The notes: a model not told the origin generated them from the sequence alone. Positions 49,841-59,989 are shown, counted from the stretch's first letter. The stretch is 64,000 nucleotides of DNA from an uncultured archaeon (GCA_964407715.1 CAYOWP010000004.1:1-64000), one strand, 5' to 3'. Numbers and translations are program-made.

Positions 49841-52608
49841 CCAACATATCCCATAATCTCTGCAGGCGTCTTCAATGCAGCCTTTTTCATTTTCTCAACT
49901 TTCTCTTTATATCTTTCAATAGTTTCCTTATCTATTGATGGCTTTATTATCTTCAGAGCCTCCATGAAATCATCTCGTGTTACCTCTCTTGCATTTATAT
50001 TCTTCCTTAAAGCAATTATACCTGCCTCTTTACAAAGATTAGCAATATCAGCACCTACAAATCCCTCTGTTAAATCAGCCAACTCCTCAAGGCTAACATC
50101 AGAGGATAAAGGCATTTTTCTTGTATGAACCTCCAATATCTTCAAACGTGTTTCTCTATCAGGAACAGGAATATATATCTGCCTATCAAACCTTCCTGCT
50201 CTCAATAATGCTGGATCCACGATATCAGGTCTATTGGTTGCAGCAATGACAACCACATTCTCTAACTTCTCTAAGCCATCCAATTCTGTAAGAAGCTGAG
50301 TGATTATTCTATCTGTTACCTCGTTTCCTATGCCAAGCCCTCTTCTTGGAGCTATGGCATCTATCTCATCTATAAATATGATAGCAGGCGCTACCTGTTT
50401 TGCCTTCTTAAACACGTCCCTTATTCTCTTCTCACTTTCTCCAACCCATTTGTTAAGTATTTCTGGTCCTTTAATATATATGAAGTTTGCCTCAGATTCA
50501 TTAGCCACTGCTTTGGCAAGCAATGTTTTTCCTGTACCTGGCAATCCATATAGCAGTACTCCTTTAGGAGGTTCAATACTTAATCTCTTAAATGATTCTG
50601 GATATTTAAGCGGCCATTCTACCATCTCCTTTAATTGTTGCTTTACATCTTCCAAGCCACCAATATCATCCCATGTTACATTTGGCACTTCTATAAGTAC
50701 CTCTCTCATTGCAGAGGGTTCAACATAGTTTAATGCGTGTTTAAAATCCTCATATGTCACATATAGCTTTGAGATATCTTCCTCAAGAATCTCCTCATCT
50801 GGAGATATCTTGTCAAGCAATCTTCTTAGAGCATTCATAGCAGCTTCCTTTACCAATGCCTCCAAATCAGCACCCACAAACCCATGAGTTAATTTTGAGA
50901 GTTCATCAATCATATTATCAACGGATTTATCAATTATCTCTTCCTCATATTTTCCAAATAATTTCAAGATGTTGAATAAAGACTCTACATCCTCATCATT
51001 AAGTTTGGATAACTTCTCTATGAATTTGTTATTTAATCCCATGCCTCTGCATATTTCAAGCAATTTTTTCTTATCGAATTTAATCACATAAGCATTCCTT
51101 ATCTTCCTAAGATAAGGAAAATCTCTTTCCACCAAATCCTCCAAAATCTCTTTATATTCATCTTTATTTATTATGCTCTCAAATTTCATTATGTTCTTTT
51201 CTAATTCATCCCATGATATTTCTCTATCAGGATAATGAATAAATACGAACTCTTTTATGTTATCCAATATCATTGTATAATATCTCTTTAAGATTTCCAT
51301 CCTTTCAATGCTACTTATGTTGGAGAATAAAGAAATAAACCTTCTTTTTAATCCATTTATCGCCTTCTTATTATCTACCTTGCAAAGAATAATCTCAAAT
51401 GCTATGTTATCATCCCAGTGATATAAAGGCATATTTCGAGTTTTTATTTGAAGAATCTCTTTTCTTCCATCCTTATTTGGCACTCCTATCTCAATTTCCC
51501 TATCAAATCTTCCAGGTCTCCTTAATGCAGGATCCAATGCTTCTGGGCGATTGGTTGCACCTATCACCACAACTTGGCCTCTTCCTTTTAACCCATCCAT
51601 GCTTGCTAATAATTGAGCCACTATTCTTCTTTCAACCTCTCCAAGAACATCCTCACGTTTTGGTGCTATGGCATCTATCTCATCTATGAATATGATAGCA
51701 GGAGCATTCTCCTCTGCCTCTTTAAATATATCCCTTATCTTTTTTTCGCTCTCTCCATACCACTTACTCGTTATCTCAGGTCCATTTATGGAGATGAATC
51801 TTGTGCCTGCTTCATTGGCAACTGCTTTAGCAATCATTGTCTTACCTGTGCCAGGAGGCCCATAAAGCAGTATTCCTTTTGGTGGCTCTATGCCCAATCT
51901 CTCAAATAATCGAGGATGTTTTAAAGGCAATTCTATCATCTCCCTTATCTTTTTTATAGTCTCACTTAAACCCCCTATATCTTCATAGCTTATGGAAGGA
52001 ATGCTCTCTTCCTCTCTTATCTCCACTGCCTTAGAAAGCACCTTTACATTAGTTAGTTCTGTTATCTTAACAATGCCAAGAGGTTTTGTATCCACAACCT
52101 TAAATTGTATTTCTTGCAATCCAAAATTAAAGAAATCATCCCTTGAAGGTGGGAAAAATCTTGCGCTTCTTTTATTATATGGAAGGACAATATCTCCCTT
52201 GGTAACAACTCGATTCATCATTATTCTCTTAACATATTCATTTGGCATATGTAGAATAATTCCCTTCTCTGCTGGTGCAAGAACAACTTCCTTTGCCTCT
52301 CTAACATTGGCTCTTCTTACCTTCACTATCTCTCCTATGCTCGTACCTGCATTTCTTCTTGTTATACCATCCATCCTTATAATGTTAATGCCTATATCTG
52401 AGGGATATGCCCTTAAAGCTATAGCAGCAGTTTTTCTTGATCCCTCTATCTCAACAACCTCTCCCTCTCTTATCCCTATTTCCTCCATCTTTTTTGAATC
52501 TATTCTCACTATATTGACCCCTATATCTGATTGAATACTACTTGGAATCTCAGCAACTTTTAATAGAATCTCTCCCTTCGGTTCTTTTTCATCATGCTTC
52601 TCTTCCAT
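49837..52608 (-). CDS. cdc48: CDC48/VCP AAA ATPase with large insertion in D1
   Basis: N-domain plus two AAA modules ([16 protein letters not shown]; DEID; RPGRFDR/RAGRFDR). Confidence 0.95.
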   Translation of the reverse strand: MEEKHDEKEPKGEILLKVAEIPSSIQSDIGVNIVRIDSKKMEEIGIREGEVVEIEGSRKTAAIALRAYPSDIGINIIRMDGITRRNAGTSIGEIVKVRRANVREAKEVVLAPAEKGIILHMPNEYVKRIMMNRVVTKGDIVLPYNKRSARFFPPSRDDFFNFGLQEIQFKVVDTKPLGIVKITELTNVKVLSKAVEIREEESIPSISYEDIGGLSETIKKIREMIELPLKHPRLFERLGIEPPKGILLYGPPGTGKTMIAKAVANEAGTRFISINGPEITSKWYGESEKKIRDIFKEAEENAPAIIFIDEIDAIAPKREDVLGEVERRIVAQLLASMDGLKGRGQVVVIGATNRPEALDPALRRPGRFDREIEIGVPNKDGRKEILQIKTRNMPLYHWDDNIAFEIILCKVDNKKAINGLKRRFISLFSNISSIERMEILKRYYTMILDNIKEFVFIHYPDREISWDELEKNIMKFESIINKDEYKEILEDLVERDFPYLRKIRNAYVIKFDKKKLLEICRGMGLNNKFIEKLSKLNDEDVESLFNILKLFGKYEEEIIDKSVDNMIDELSKLTHGFVGADLEALVKEAAMNALRRLLDKISPDEEILEEDISKLYVTYEDFKHALNYVEPSAMREVLIEVPNVTWDDIGGLEDVKQQLKEMVEWPLKYPESFKRLSIEPPKGVLLYGLPGTGKTLLAKAVANESEANFIYIKGPEILNKWVGESEKRIRDVFKKAKQVAPAIIFIDEIDAIAPRRGLGIGNEVTDRIITQLLTELDGLEKLENVVVIAATNRPDIVDPALLRAGRFDRQIYIPVPDRETRLKILEVHTRKMPLSSDVSLEELADLTEGFVGADIANLCKEAGIIALRKNINAREVTRDDFMEALKIIKPSIDKETIERYKEKVEKMKKAALKTPAEIMGYVG

Positions 52609-52644
52609 AAATGATAATATAAGAGGGTGTATTTATAAATGTTT

Positions 52645-53001
52645 TTAAATAAAACTAACCTTTAATCTTTCTCCTTTCTCGGCCTTAAAGTTTTCTCTTG
52701 CATCGACCTCAAGAACATATTTATATGGAACCTCAGAACAATAAAGCTTCCATGTGCTTGGATCAAAACTGATTTTCTTGGCATACTGAACATCCACAAC
52801 CTCCAATCTCTTATTTAAAAAATAAAGATGGAGATCATATCTCATAAATAGCATACAAATTCTATGTCTTCTCTCGCTTTTGAATTCTAAAAGCGCATTG
52901 CCCTTCTTTTTAAACATTAAACCTCTCACTAATTCAAAATAGCATTTTTTATGCTCCGCTTCTATCTCCGAAGACCTACTTTTTATCAAAACCTTTGCCA
53001 T
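52645..53001 (-). CDS. DUF192 family protein
   Basis: RGLMF, MLFMRYDL..YFLN, KYVLE motifs. Confidence 0.8.
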   Translation of the reverse strand: MAKVLIKSRSSEIEAEHKKCYFELVRGLMFKKKGNALLEFKSERRHRICMLFMRYDLHLYFLNKRLEVVDVQYAKKISFDPSTWKLYCSEVPYKYVLEVDARENFKAEKGERLKVSFI

Positions 53002-53026
53002 ATGAAATCAACAACCTCGATGGATG

Positions 53027-53785
53027 TTATTCTATAAACATCTTTATCTCTCCATTATTCCATTTTCTTATTATCTCCTTTGATGCTCTTTCTAAATCTT
53101 CTTCACCATTACTTAAATAAAACTTTCTTCTTATAGCATATTCCCTTAATATATCCGTTGGCTCTTTTGATGCAATGTTCTTTATCTTTAGTAGCTCCTC
53201 AAGGTTATTCTCATATCTCTTAGAATATTCAAGTAACAACAAAGCATGCTTAAGACATTCCTGTTTTTCAGGATTAACATTTCCTCTAAATACAATGAAA
53301 TCCTCTGGCTTTTTAGCATTTATTATTCCTGCGGTATCTATGAGTAAGATATCCTCTTTAAGCTTTATCCATTGATACTTTTTTGTATAAGCTGGTAAAG
53401 GAGATGTCTTAGCTTTTTGTGATCTTGTTAAGAGATTTATAAGAGAGGACTTTCCAACATTTGTGTATCCTATAATCCCAACCTTAACTTTTTTGGTTCC
53501 TGTGGTTTTCTTAACTTTATGTGATAAGAGATATATTAGCTTTTTAACGCTATTTACTCCCTTTCTTTCTTTATATGAGGCATATGCTGTAGGAAAAGGC
53601 AATGATTTAAGCTTTTTCTCTAATTTTGATTTCTCAACCAAATCGCATTTCATTGCTACAATCATCAATAATTTCCCTTTATTCACTATTCTTTTTTCTA
53701 ATGGTTCACATCTAGTAAAATCTATTGCTCTACTATCCACAACCTCTATAATTATATTGCTCTCATTTATTATTCTATTTATCAT
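53027..53785 (-). CDS. Circularly permuted GTPase (YlqF/RbgA/Nug1-like)
   Basis: EVVDSR, KCDL before GYTNVGKSSLIN, then DTAG. Confidence 0.88.
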   Translation of the reverse strand: MINRIINESNIIIEVVDSRAIDFTRCEPLEKRIVNKGKLLMIVAMKCDLVEKSKLEKKLKSLPFPTAYASYKERKGVNSVKKLIYLLSHKVKKTTGTKKVKVGIIGYTNVGKSSLINLLTRSQKAKTSPLPAYTKKYQWIKLKEDILLIDTAGIINAKKPEDFIVFRGNVNPEKQECLKHALLLLEYSKRYENNLEELLKIKNIASKEPTDILREYAIRRKFYLSNGEEDLERASKEIIRKWNNGEIKMFIE

Positions 53786-53814
53786 AATTAGATAACTCTA
53801 AAAGAAATTTTAAA

Positions 53815-54190
53815 AGCATTGTCCAATAATTCTTTGTTGTTAAGCGGAAAAGTAACCTCTTAAAGAAGCGCATTAAAGTAGCGAACCTTGTAGAGCTAAT
53901 GCGATTTAAAAGGTTAGCTGCTTTATTGCCTTTTGAGAAGGTACATCTCTAACCTCTCGTTAAAGATTAGCTGCTCTGATGTGTGTTGTTGATGTGGTAT
54001 GCTTCCTGTTAACCATGTTTTATTAAAAACATAGTTAACGAGAAAATATCTTCATTCACTCATGGAATGCAGCATGTTAATCTTTCGTTAAATGTTAGTT
54101 GCTTCATAACCATTATAAAGAGTTAGCCGCTATAAGTGCTATTTGCGCGTTAAATTTCCGCTTAACAATAAAGAATTATTGGACAATACC
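53815..54190 (+). mobile_element. MITE-like element B3 (~375 bp) with ~35-bp TIRs containing array-type modules
   Basis: GCATTGTCCAATAATTCTTTGTTGTTAAGCGGAAA versus reverse complement GTATTGTCCAATAATTCTTTATTGTTAAGCGGAAA (2 mismatches in 35); internal GTTAAC hairpin at 54008-54039. Confidence 0.88.
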
Positions 54191-54275
54191 TTTTTAAAAA
54201 GTATGGCGATAAATTTAAAAAATTTTAAAACATAATTATAATATATCCTCTGTAAAATCAGGAGGTGAATAAGAA

Positions 54276-54482
54276 ATGGCAGATGTAAAAGGAAAGAGTG
54301 CATGGGACTGGATTGCAATTGTGTTGGTGATTATAGGGGGTCTAAATCTTGGTATATTGGGATTGTTCAATGTTGATGTGATAGGAAAGATATTTGAGAG
54401 TGTAGAGGTTGTAGCAAGAATTATATATGTCTTAATAGGTCTTGCTGCACTATATATGATATATTTCGCAACAAAAGAATAG
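54276..54482 (+). CDS. DUF378 family small membrane protein
   Basis: LVIIGGLNLG..GLFNVD, RIIYVLIGLAALY; GGAGGTGA RBS. Confidence 0.9.
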   Translation: MADVKGKSAWDWIAIVLVIIGGLNLGILGLFNVDVIGKIFESVEVVARIIYVLIGLAALYMIYFATKE

Positions 54483-54517
54483 CCTCCATTTTTTTTGTTT
54501 TTAATTTTCTTCTTATA

Positions 54518-55276
54518 TTATATTTTTCGTATTATATTTAGGAGTTGTTGTAATATATTAGGGAATGTCTCTCTCCGTATTTTATAATACATCTCTTTGA
54601 ATTCCTCTATCAACTCTGGATTAGAGGAATCTCTATCATATAAATTCCAAACACATGGTGGTAATACAAGATATTTATTATATAATGAGATTGAATGTGC
54701 TACCCTATCAAAATAGCTTAAATCTTCATCAATATAAGCAAAATAAATATTCATAATATGAGGTGATTTCATCTTAAAATATTCCATAAAAATATATCCT
54801 CCTGTGATGATAAACGATTTCTTACTCTCTTCATTAAGCTCATCAAAACTTCTTACTCTTTCACCAAAGTAAATTATATTTACTTTATCGAAAGCTCTTA
54901 TGAATTTCTTCTTAGGTGTTTTCTCTATATCTTTGTTTTTTAGCCATATTGCAAGATTAATATATTTTTCTTTTCCTTTTCTTTTTACTCCATCTATTTC
55001 CACACAACTGTATTTTATATCTTTCCTTTCAAGGATTTCCTTAACTCTTGGTTCTAATTCTTCCTCATACTCTCCAAGAATGAATGCTGCAGAGCCATCT
55101 ATAGATTTTTTAGCTGCATAAGAGAAAATCTCTTCATAAAGCTTATCAGAAATATCTATTTTAATATCTGCACATACTCTTATCATAGGTTTTTCAAAAT
55201 TCTTTATCTTCTTATATATCAGATCAACCATATCCCTATACTCAATTATGACTTTGACATCATCATGAGTGTTCAT
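54518..55276 (-). CDS. Hypothetical protein
   Basis: Long ORF with host-like composition; start uncertain; lies between two B elements. Confidence 0.65.
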   Translation of the reverse strand: MNTHDDVKVIIEYRDMVDLIYKKIKNFEKPMIRVCADIKIDISDKLYEEIFSYAAKKSIDGSAAFILGEYEEELEPRVKEILERKDIKYSCVEIDGVKRKGKEKYINLAIWLKNKDIEKTPKKKFIRAFDKVNIIYFGERVRSFDELNEESKKSFIITGGYIFMEYFKMKSPHIMNIYFAYIDEDLSYFDRVAHSISLYNKYLVLPPCVWNLYDRDSSNPELIEEFKEMYYKIRRETFPNILQQLLNIIRKI

Positions 55277-55323
55277 ATGCCAATTTATTATTTTAGAAAA
55301 CTTTAAAAACATTACTCATAAAT

Positions 55324-55451
55324 GGCATTGTCCAATAATTCCCTATTAACAAAATTTGTTAAGCGGAAAAATAGCCTTTTAAAGAAGCGCATCAGAGCAG
55401 CAAAGCTTATTGAGCTAAGCGATTGTAGGAGCAAATTTTCTCGTTAACAAA
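55324..55451 (+). mobile_element. Truncated MITE-like element B4
   Basis: GGCATTGTCCAATAATT left end; co-linear with 47731-47860; right TIR not seen. Confidence 0.78.
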
Positions 55452-55498
55452 ACAAAAAATAATAAAATAAAAAAAGATTTTTCTTTTAAAATTTGCGG

Positions 55499-55621
55499 TT
55501 ATATTTTTTCTTCCTTATGTAACCAGTAAAGAACTCCGCCAATGATCAACAAAACCACAATAACAACTACTGCAATTACATAAGGGTCACTCAAATTTAT
55601 CCCTGCTATTTCAGCGGCCAT
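55499..55621 (-). CDS. 40-aa single-TM microprotein (MAAEIAGINLSDPYVIAVVVIVVLLIIGGVLYWLHKEEKI)
   Basis: Translated by hand; GGAGGTGA RBS; begins 13 bp after the stop of the upstream regulator. Confidence 0.7.
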   Translation of the reverse strand: MAAEIAGINLSDPYVIAVVVIVVLLIIGGVLYWLHKEEKI

Positions 55622-55634
55622 TTTTTCACCTCCT

Positions 55635-56126
55635 TTATTTTTTTGATATACTCATGTTGTTCTCCATATTTAATGATGATAAATATTTCATCGTCTTTGA
55701 GAATATCAAAATCCCTATATTCAATTTTTCATATTCTCTTATTATCCTTCTAACATTTTCCCTAATAGTACCATCTTCTATTTTGTTTAGGTTTTTAGAT
55801 AAATAATCAATTAAAGGTTTGATTTCAGTTTCAAGAAAATCATTTATCATATTATTAAATCCATCAATCAAAGAGGTATTGGCAGAGTAATAGATCTCTT
55901 TACCTTTTTTTGTTATGTTAATCATATTTAACTCCCTCAATTTTTTTAAACTTCTACTTATAAGACCTCTACTATATCTTATGCCTTTTTCTATCTCCTC
56001 TTGTGTCATTGGTTTTGAGTTAAATAATAAGAAACCCCATACCTTTCCTACAGATTTTCCTAAGCCCCATTGCTTTGACATCTTTTCAAATGATGATAAC
56101 ACTTTTTTTATATTTATCTCTTTCAT
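55635..56126 (-). CDS. GbsR/MarR-type winged-helix transcriptional regulator
   Basis: WGL.KSVGKVWGFL....KPMTQEEI...SRGLISRSLKKL pattern. Confidence 0.8.
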   Translation of the reverse strand: MKEINIKKVLSSFEKMSKQWGLGKSVGKVWGFLLFNSKPMTQEEIEKGIRYSRGLISRSLKKLRELNMINITKKGKEIYYSANTSLIDGFNNMINDFLETEIKPLIDYLSKNLNKIEDGTIRENVRRIIREYEKLNIGILIFSKTMKYLSSLNMENNMSISKK

Positions 56127-56226
56127 GTTATCACCTTCATTTTACTTTTTACTAAAAAGTATAATAGTACAATGATAAATATATAATTTTAAAATTTTTA
56201 AAAATTATCTCTACTTTAATATTACT

Positions 56227-56290
56227 GAGTGCACCATCCTGTTGAAGGATGGTGACACGCCAGCGGATTTATGAGGCTGGCATGTGGAGT
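56227..56290 (+). promoter_or_regulatory. Candidate structured 5' leader of rps2 (two GC-rich hairpins)
   Basis: CACCATCCT-gttga-AGGATGGTG (56232-56254) and GCCAGC-N11-GCTGGC (56259-56281), just downstream of a TTTAAAAA TATA-like box. Confidence 0.5.
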
Positions 56291-56299
56291 GTGAATCAA

Positions 56300-57058
56300 A
56301 TGCCTAAAAGAAAAATGCAAAGAAAAAAATCAGATAAAAAATATAGCAAGAAAAGGCAAAGACTTCAAAGGTCAAGTTCTGATAAGGAAATAATGGCAAA
56401 TGCTAAAAAAGAGAAGAGGGAAGATATCTCTAAGGAGGCAGAAACAAAATTCTTAATACCTTTAAATCAATATTTAGCTACAGGAATACATATAGGAATG
56501 AGAGCAAGAACAAAAGATATGGAGAAGTTTATTTATAAAATCAGACAAGATAAATTGGCTGTGTTTGATATATCAAAAGTAGATGAACGCATAAGATTAG
56601 CAGCAAATTTGTTAAGTACATATGAACCAAATGAGATATTAGCAGTAAGTAGAAAAAGAAATGGACACAAGCCTGTATATATGTTTGCAAAAGCAACTGG
56701 TGCTAATTGCTTTTATGGTAGATTTATGCCCGGCACACTCACAAATCCAAATTATGAAAAATATATGGAACCAAAAATCATTATTATAACTGATCCCTTT
56801 GCTGATAGCCAAGCATTTCAGGAAGCAATAAAATCAAATATCACAATCATAGCCATGTGCGATACATTTGATCAAACAAAATATATCGATTTAGTGATTC
56901 CAATGAACAATAAAGGAAGAAAAAGTGTTGCTTTGGCGTATTATCTCCTTGCAAAAGAATACTTAAAATTAAGAGGAGAGATAAAATCAGATGATGAGTT
57001 TCCATATAAATTAAAAGATTTTGAGATGCCAATTGCTGCTAAAAGGAATATTGTTTAA
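56300..57058 (+). CDS. rps2: 30S ribosomal protein uS2 with basic N-terminal extension
   Basis: YLATGIHIG, GRFMPGTLTN, TDP..D.QA, IPMNNKGRKS motifs; start uncertain (56300 or 56393). Confidence 0.93.
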   Translation: MPKRKMQRKKSDKKYSKKRQRLQRSSSDKEIMANAKKEKREDISKEAETKFLIPLNQYLATGIHIGMRARTKDMEKFIYKIRQDKLAVFDISKVDERIRLAANLLSTYEPNEILAVSRKRNGHKPVYMFAKATGANCFYGRFMPGTLTNPNYEKYMEPKIIIITDPFADSQAFQEAIKSNITIIAMCDTFDQTKYIDLVIPMNNKGRKSVALAYYLLAKEYLKLRGEIKSDDEFPYKLKDFEMPIAAKRNIV

Positions 57059-57070
57059 AAAGGTGATTCT

Positions 57071-58315
57071 ATGACAACAGAAAAAGGAAGCCTGAAGGTT
57101 AATCATTTTATTGAAAAAAGGTTTTTCTCTATACTTGATGATGATTATCTCTCAAAAGCATTAGGGGAAATGTATAGCAATAATGTTAAAGGTTTGCTTG
57201 TATTTGATAGGAATTGTATATTTAAAGGAGTGTTAACAGAAGAAATCATTACAAAATCATATCTTGATCCTTCTACAACAAAAGTAAAAAGTTTAGCTGT
57301 TATGCCGCCAAAGAATATCACTGAGAATGATGATGTATATAAAGCAGCCTATATCTTATTCAACTCTCATCTTCCTATTATCCCTGTATTTGACAAGGAT
57401 AAAAAGGAAATCATAGGAGTTTTGGAAATAAAATCTCTCATTAAGAAATACTCAGAGATAGATAAGCAATTTTCCAATATGAGAATCATTGATATAGCGA
57501 CAACAGATGTTGTAACCGTTAATGAATATGACACGCTAGGAAATGCATTAAGATTAATGCGCGAGAACAAGATTACAAGATTGCCCATCTTAGGAAAGAA
57601 TGGAAAATTAACTGGTATCTTAACCTTGCATGATATAATAGAAAAACTAATAAAACCAAAGTATAGAAGCCAGAAATTTAGGGAGGGTGAAAGAGTTTCT
57701 CGTGAAAAAATAAAAATCACAGAATATCCTGTAAAAGAAATAATGAATAATGTCGTATTTACAATAGATCCTCTTGCCACAGTTAAAGAATGCATAAAAA
57801 TGATGGAAGAACTCAATGTTTCAAGTTTGGTTATTATTGAGGATGATAAAGTAAAAGGTATCGTAACAGATAAAGACATCCTTGGCTATATTGCATCGCT
57901 TTATCAAAAACCAGAGAAGTTTAAGGTATTGTATGCAATATCAGGAGATGTTGAGGAGCTAGACAAATATGAGCTTGAAGATGCAATAGAGCATGTTAGA
58001 AATGTTATTCAGAGATATGAGGATTATTTAAACTCAGGAAACATATATATCTATATAAAGCAACATGATGAAAGATTTAGATCAATGCCTCTATACCATA
58101 TAAGAATTAGACTATCATCTGAAAAAGGAGTATTCATAGGGATTGGAGAAACCTGGGGTTTATATAATGCGATAGGATGCGCATTAAAGAAATTGAGGGA
58201 TCAAATAGAGTATAAAAGAGAACTTGAAAAGGATCCATACTTAGGTTTAAGAGCACTTGTAAAAGAAGTAGCAAATACTACAGTATTACCAAACATAAAG
58301 GGGCCAAAAGATTAA
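57071..58315 (+). CDS. Four CBS domains + C-terminal HPF/RaiA-like domain (Hib-type ribosome hibernation factor candidate)
   Basis: Four CBS repeats (e.g. LPIL...GKLTGILTLHDI); C-terminal YHIRIRL...G.F...GETWGLYNAI..ALKKLRDQI resembles the S30AE/HPF fold. Confidence 0.75.
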   Translation: MTTEKGSLKVNHFIEKRFFSILDDDYLSKALGEMYSNNVKGLLVFDRNCIFKGVLTEEIITKSYLDPSTTKVKSLAVMPPKNITENDDVYKAAYILFNSHLPIIPVFDKDKKEIIGVLEIKSLIKKYSEIDKQFSNMRIIDIATTDVVTVNEYDTLGNALRLMRENKITRLPILGKNGKLTGILTLHDIIEKLIKPKYRSQKFREGERVSREKIKITEYPVKEIMNNVVFTIDPLATVKECIKMMEELNVSSLVIIEDDKVKGIVTDKDILGYIASLYQKPEKFKVLYAISGDVEELDKYELEDAIEHVRNVIQRYEDYLNSGNIYIYIKQHDERFRSMPLYHIRIRLSSEKGVFIGIGETWGLYNAIGCALKKLRDQIEYKRELEKDPYLGLRALVKEVANTTVLPNIKGPKD

Positions 58316-58334
58316 AAAATAAAAGAAGAAAGGA

Positions 58335-58811
58335 TCACTCTATATTCACTTTTTTCTTTTCCTCCTTATGAGCCTTCTTTATCCTTACCTCCAATACTCC
58401 ATTCTTATATGTTGCCTTTACTTCATCAGGATTCACATCTGTAGGCAATGATAGCGTGATATAATATCCTTTATACGCTCTTTCCTCGAATCTTGCTCTC
58501 TCTCTTTCCTCCTTTGTCTCCTCTTTTCTTTCAGCCTTTACTTCCAATGTTCTTGAAGTGACTCTTAAATCAATATCCTCTTTCTCAACTCCAGGAAGCT
58601 CTATAACTGCTATAACCTCATCATCCGTCTCCCATACCTCACTAATAGGTTCTCTATATTCTCTTTCCTCTTCAATATAAGCCCTTCTTCTTGGACCTCC
58701 TATATAACTTGTTCTAAAAACATCCTCAAAGGATCTTGCTATATCCTCAAATAGATCCTCTAAGAAGTCATCAAAAAACCCTCTCCTTCTCCTGAACCTC
58801 ATTTTTATCAC
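58335..58811 (-). CDS. hsp20: Small heat shock protein (Hsp20)
   Basis: ELPGVEKEDI, ATYKNGVLEV, C-terminal VNIE (IxI) motif. Confidence 0.95.
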   Translation of the reverse strand: MIKMRFRRRRGFFDDFLEDLFEDIARSFEDVFRTSYIGGPRRRAYIEEEREYREPISEVWETDDEVIAVIELPGVEKEDIDLRVTSRTLEVKAERKEETKEERERARFEERAYKGYYITLSLPTDVNPDEVKATYKNGVLEVRIKKAHKEEKKKVNIE

Positions 58812-58901
58812 CTCCTTCCTGATTTATTTAATAATTATAAAATATATTTTATATATTTTAGAATTTAAAAATTTTTAAGATTATCTCTTTAATTAAAGTT
58901 T

Positions 58902-59972
58902 ATGGAGTCAAATCGTGCTGAAGATAGATATGAGATGCCTCTAAGCACAAGATTGCAATTAAAAAAGAAGCAGTATGGATTAGTAGGTAAACAAGCATCT
59001 GTTAAGATATGTCTATGGACAAAAAAAGCCCTGAAAAGAGAGTATGTATGCTATAAGCAAAGATTTTATGGTGCTGAAACACATAGATGTGCTGAAATAA
59101 CACCAATCACAGCAATATGTTCTCAAAACTGCATATATTGCTGGAGACCTATGGAATGGATGAAATTTTATGAGCCAAAAGAGGATGAGGTTGATGATCC
59201 AAAAGAAATAATTGAGGGCATCTTAAAGGAAAGGCGTCAACTTTTATCAGGATTTAAAGGTAATGAGAAAGTTGATCAAAAGCTTCTTGAGGAAAGCTAT
59301 GATCCTTCGCACTGGGCTATCTCGCTATCTGGAGAGCCAACATTATATCCAAGATTGCATGAGCTTATAAAGTTGCTATGGAATAGAAAAAGCACAAAAA
59401 CAATATTTGTTGTAAGCAATGGGGAGCATCCTGAGACATTTATGAAGATGTATGAATATGAGAAAGGAATGCCATCACAGATATATATCTCGCTTGATGC
59501 TCCTAATGAGGAGTTATTCAAGAAAATAAATAGACCTGTATATAAAGATGGTTGGGAGAGATTGATAAAAACGCTAACAATTCTATCAAAGATGCCAGTC
59601 AGAAAAGTTGCGAGATTAACGCTAATTAAGGGCTTAAATGATTCAGAAGAGTACATGCCAGAATTTGCAAAGATATTTGAATTAGGAAATTTTGATTTCA
59701 TAGAGATAAAGGCATTTATGCTATTAGGATACTCAAGGAGAAGATTAAGCATAGATAACATGCCTACACACAACGAAATAAAAGAATATGCTGAAAAGCT
59801 TTTAAGATATCTTCCTAATTATAGATATGAGGATGAGGTTAGGATGTCAAGAATAGTATTGCTAAGGAATATCTTCTCTCCATGGCCAAGATATATTAGA
59901 GAGGTTCCCATGCATGTAAAGGATATACCATCAGATAAGGATGATGAAAATATGGAAATGGAGGATGAGTAA
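58902..59972 (+). CDS. taw1: 4-demethylwyosine synthase Taw1/TYW1 (radical SAM)
   Basis: VKICLWTK, CYKQRFYG..THRC, CSQNCIYCWR, AISLSGEPTLY motifs. Confidence 0.93.
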   Translation: MESNRAEDRYEMPLSTRLQLKKKQYGLVGKQASVKICLWTKKALKREYVCYKQRFYGAETHRCAEITPITAICSQNCIYCWRPMEWMKFYEPKEDEVDDPKEIIEGILKERRQLLSGFKGNEKVDQKLLEESYDPSHWAISLSGEPTLYPRLHELIKLLWNRKSTKTIFVVSNGEHPETFMKMYEYEKGMPSQIYISLDAPNEELFKKINRPVYKDGWERLIKTLTILSKMPVRKVARLTLIKGLNDSEEYMPEFAKIFELGNFDFIEIKAFMLLGYSRRRLSIDNMPTHNEIKEYAEKLLRYLPNYRYEDEVRMSRIVLLRNIFSPWPRYIREVPMHVKDIPSDKDDENMEMEDE

Positions 59973-59989
59973 GCATTATCAACTTTATA

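Noticed and set aside
50911-51423. Intein in CDC48
   Set aside because: No Cys/Ser start, no His-Asn end, no LAGLIDADG motif
51992-52534. Long antisense ORFs, e.g. 180 aa opposite cdc48 and 170 aa opposite the CBS gene
   Set aside because: Shadow frames of well-supported genes, with Ser/Ile/Phe-rich mirror composition
53806-54199. Target-site duplication for element B3
   Set aside because: The flanks (ATTTTAAAA / TTTTTAAAA) match 8 of 9 only with a one-base shift and are low-complexity. Suggestive but not counted. No clear TSD for B1 or B4 either.
56249-56299. ATG at 56249 as the rps2 start
   Set aside because: It lies inside the predicted hairpin; the ATG at 56300 follows a GGAGTGTGA RBS-like motif
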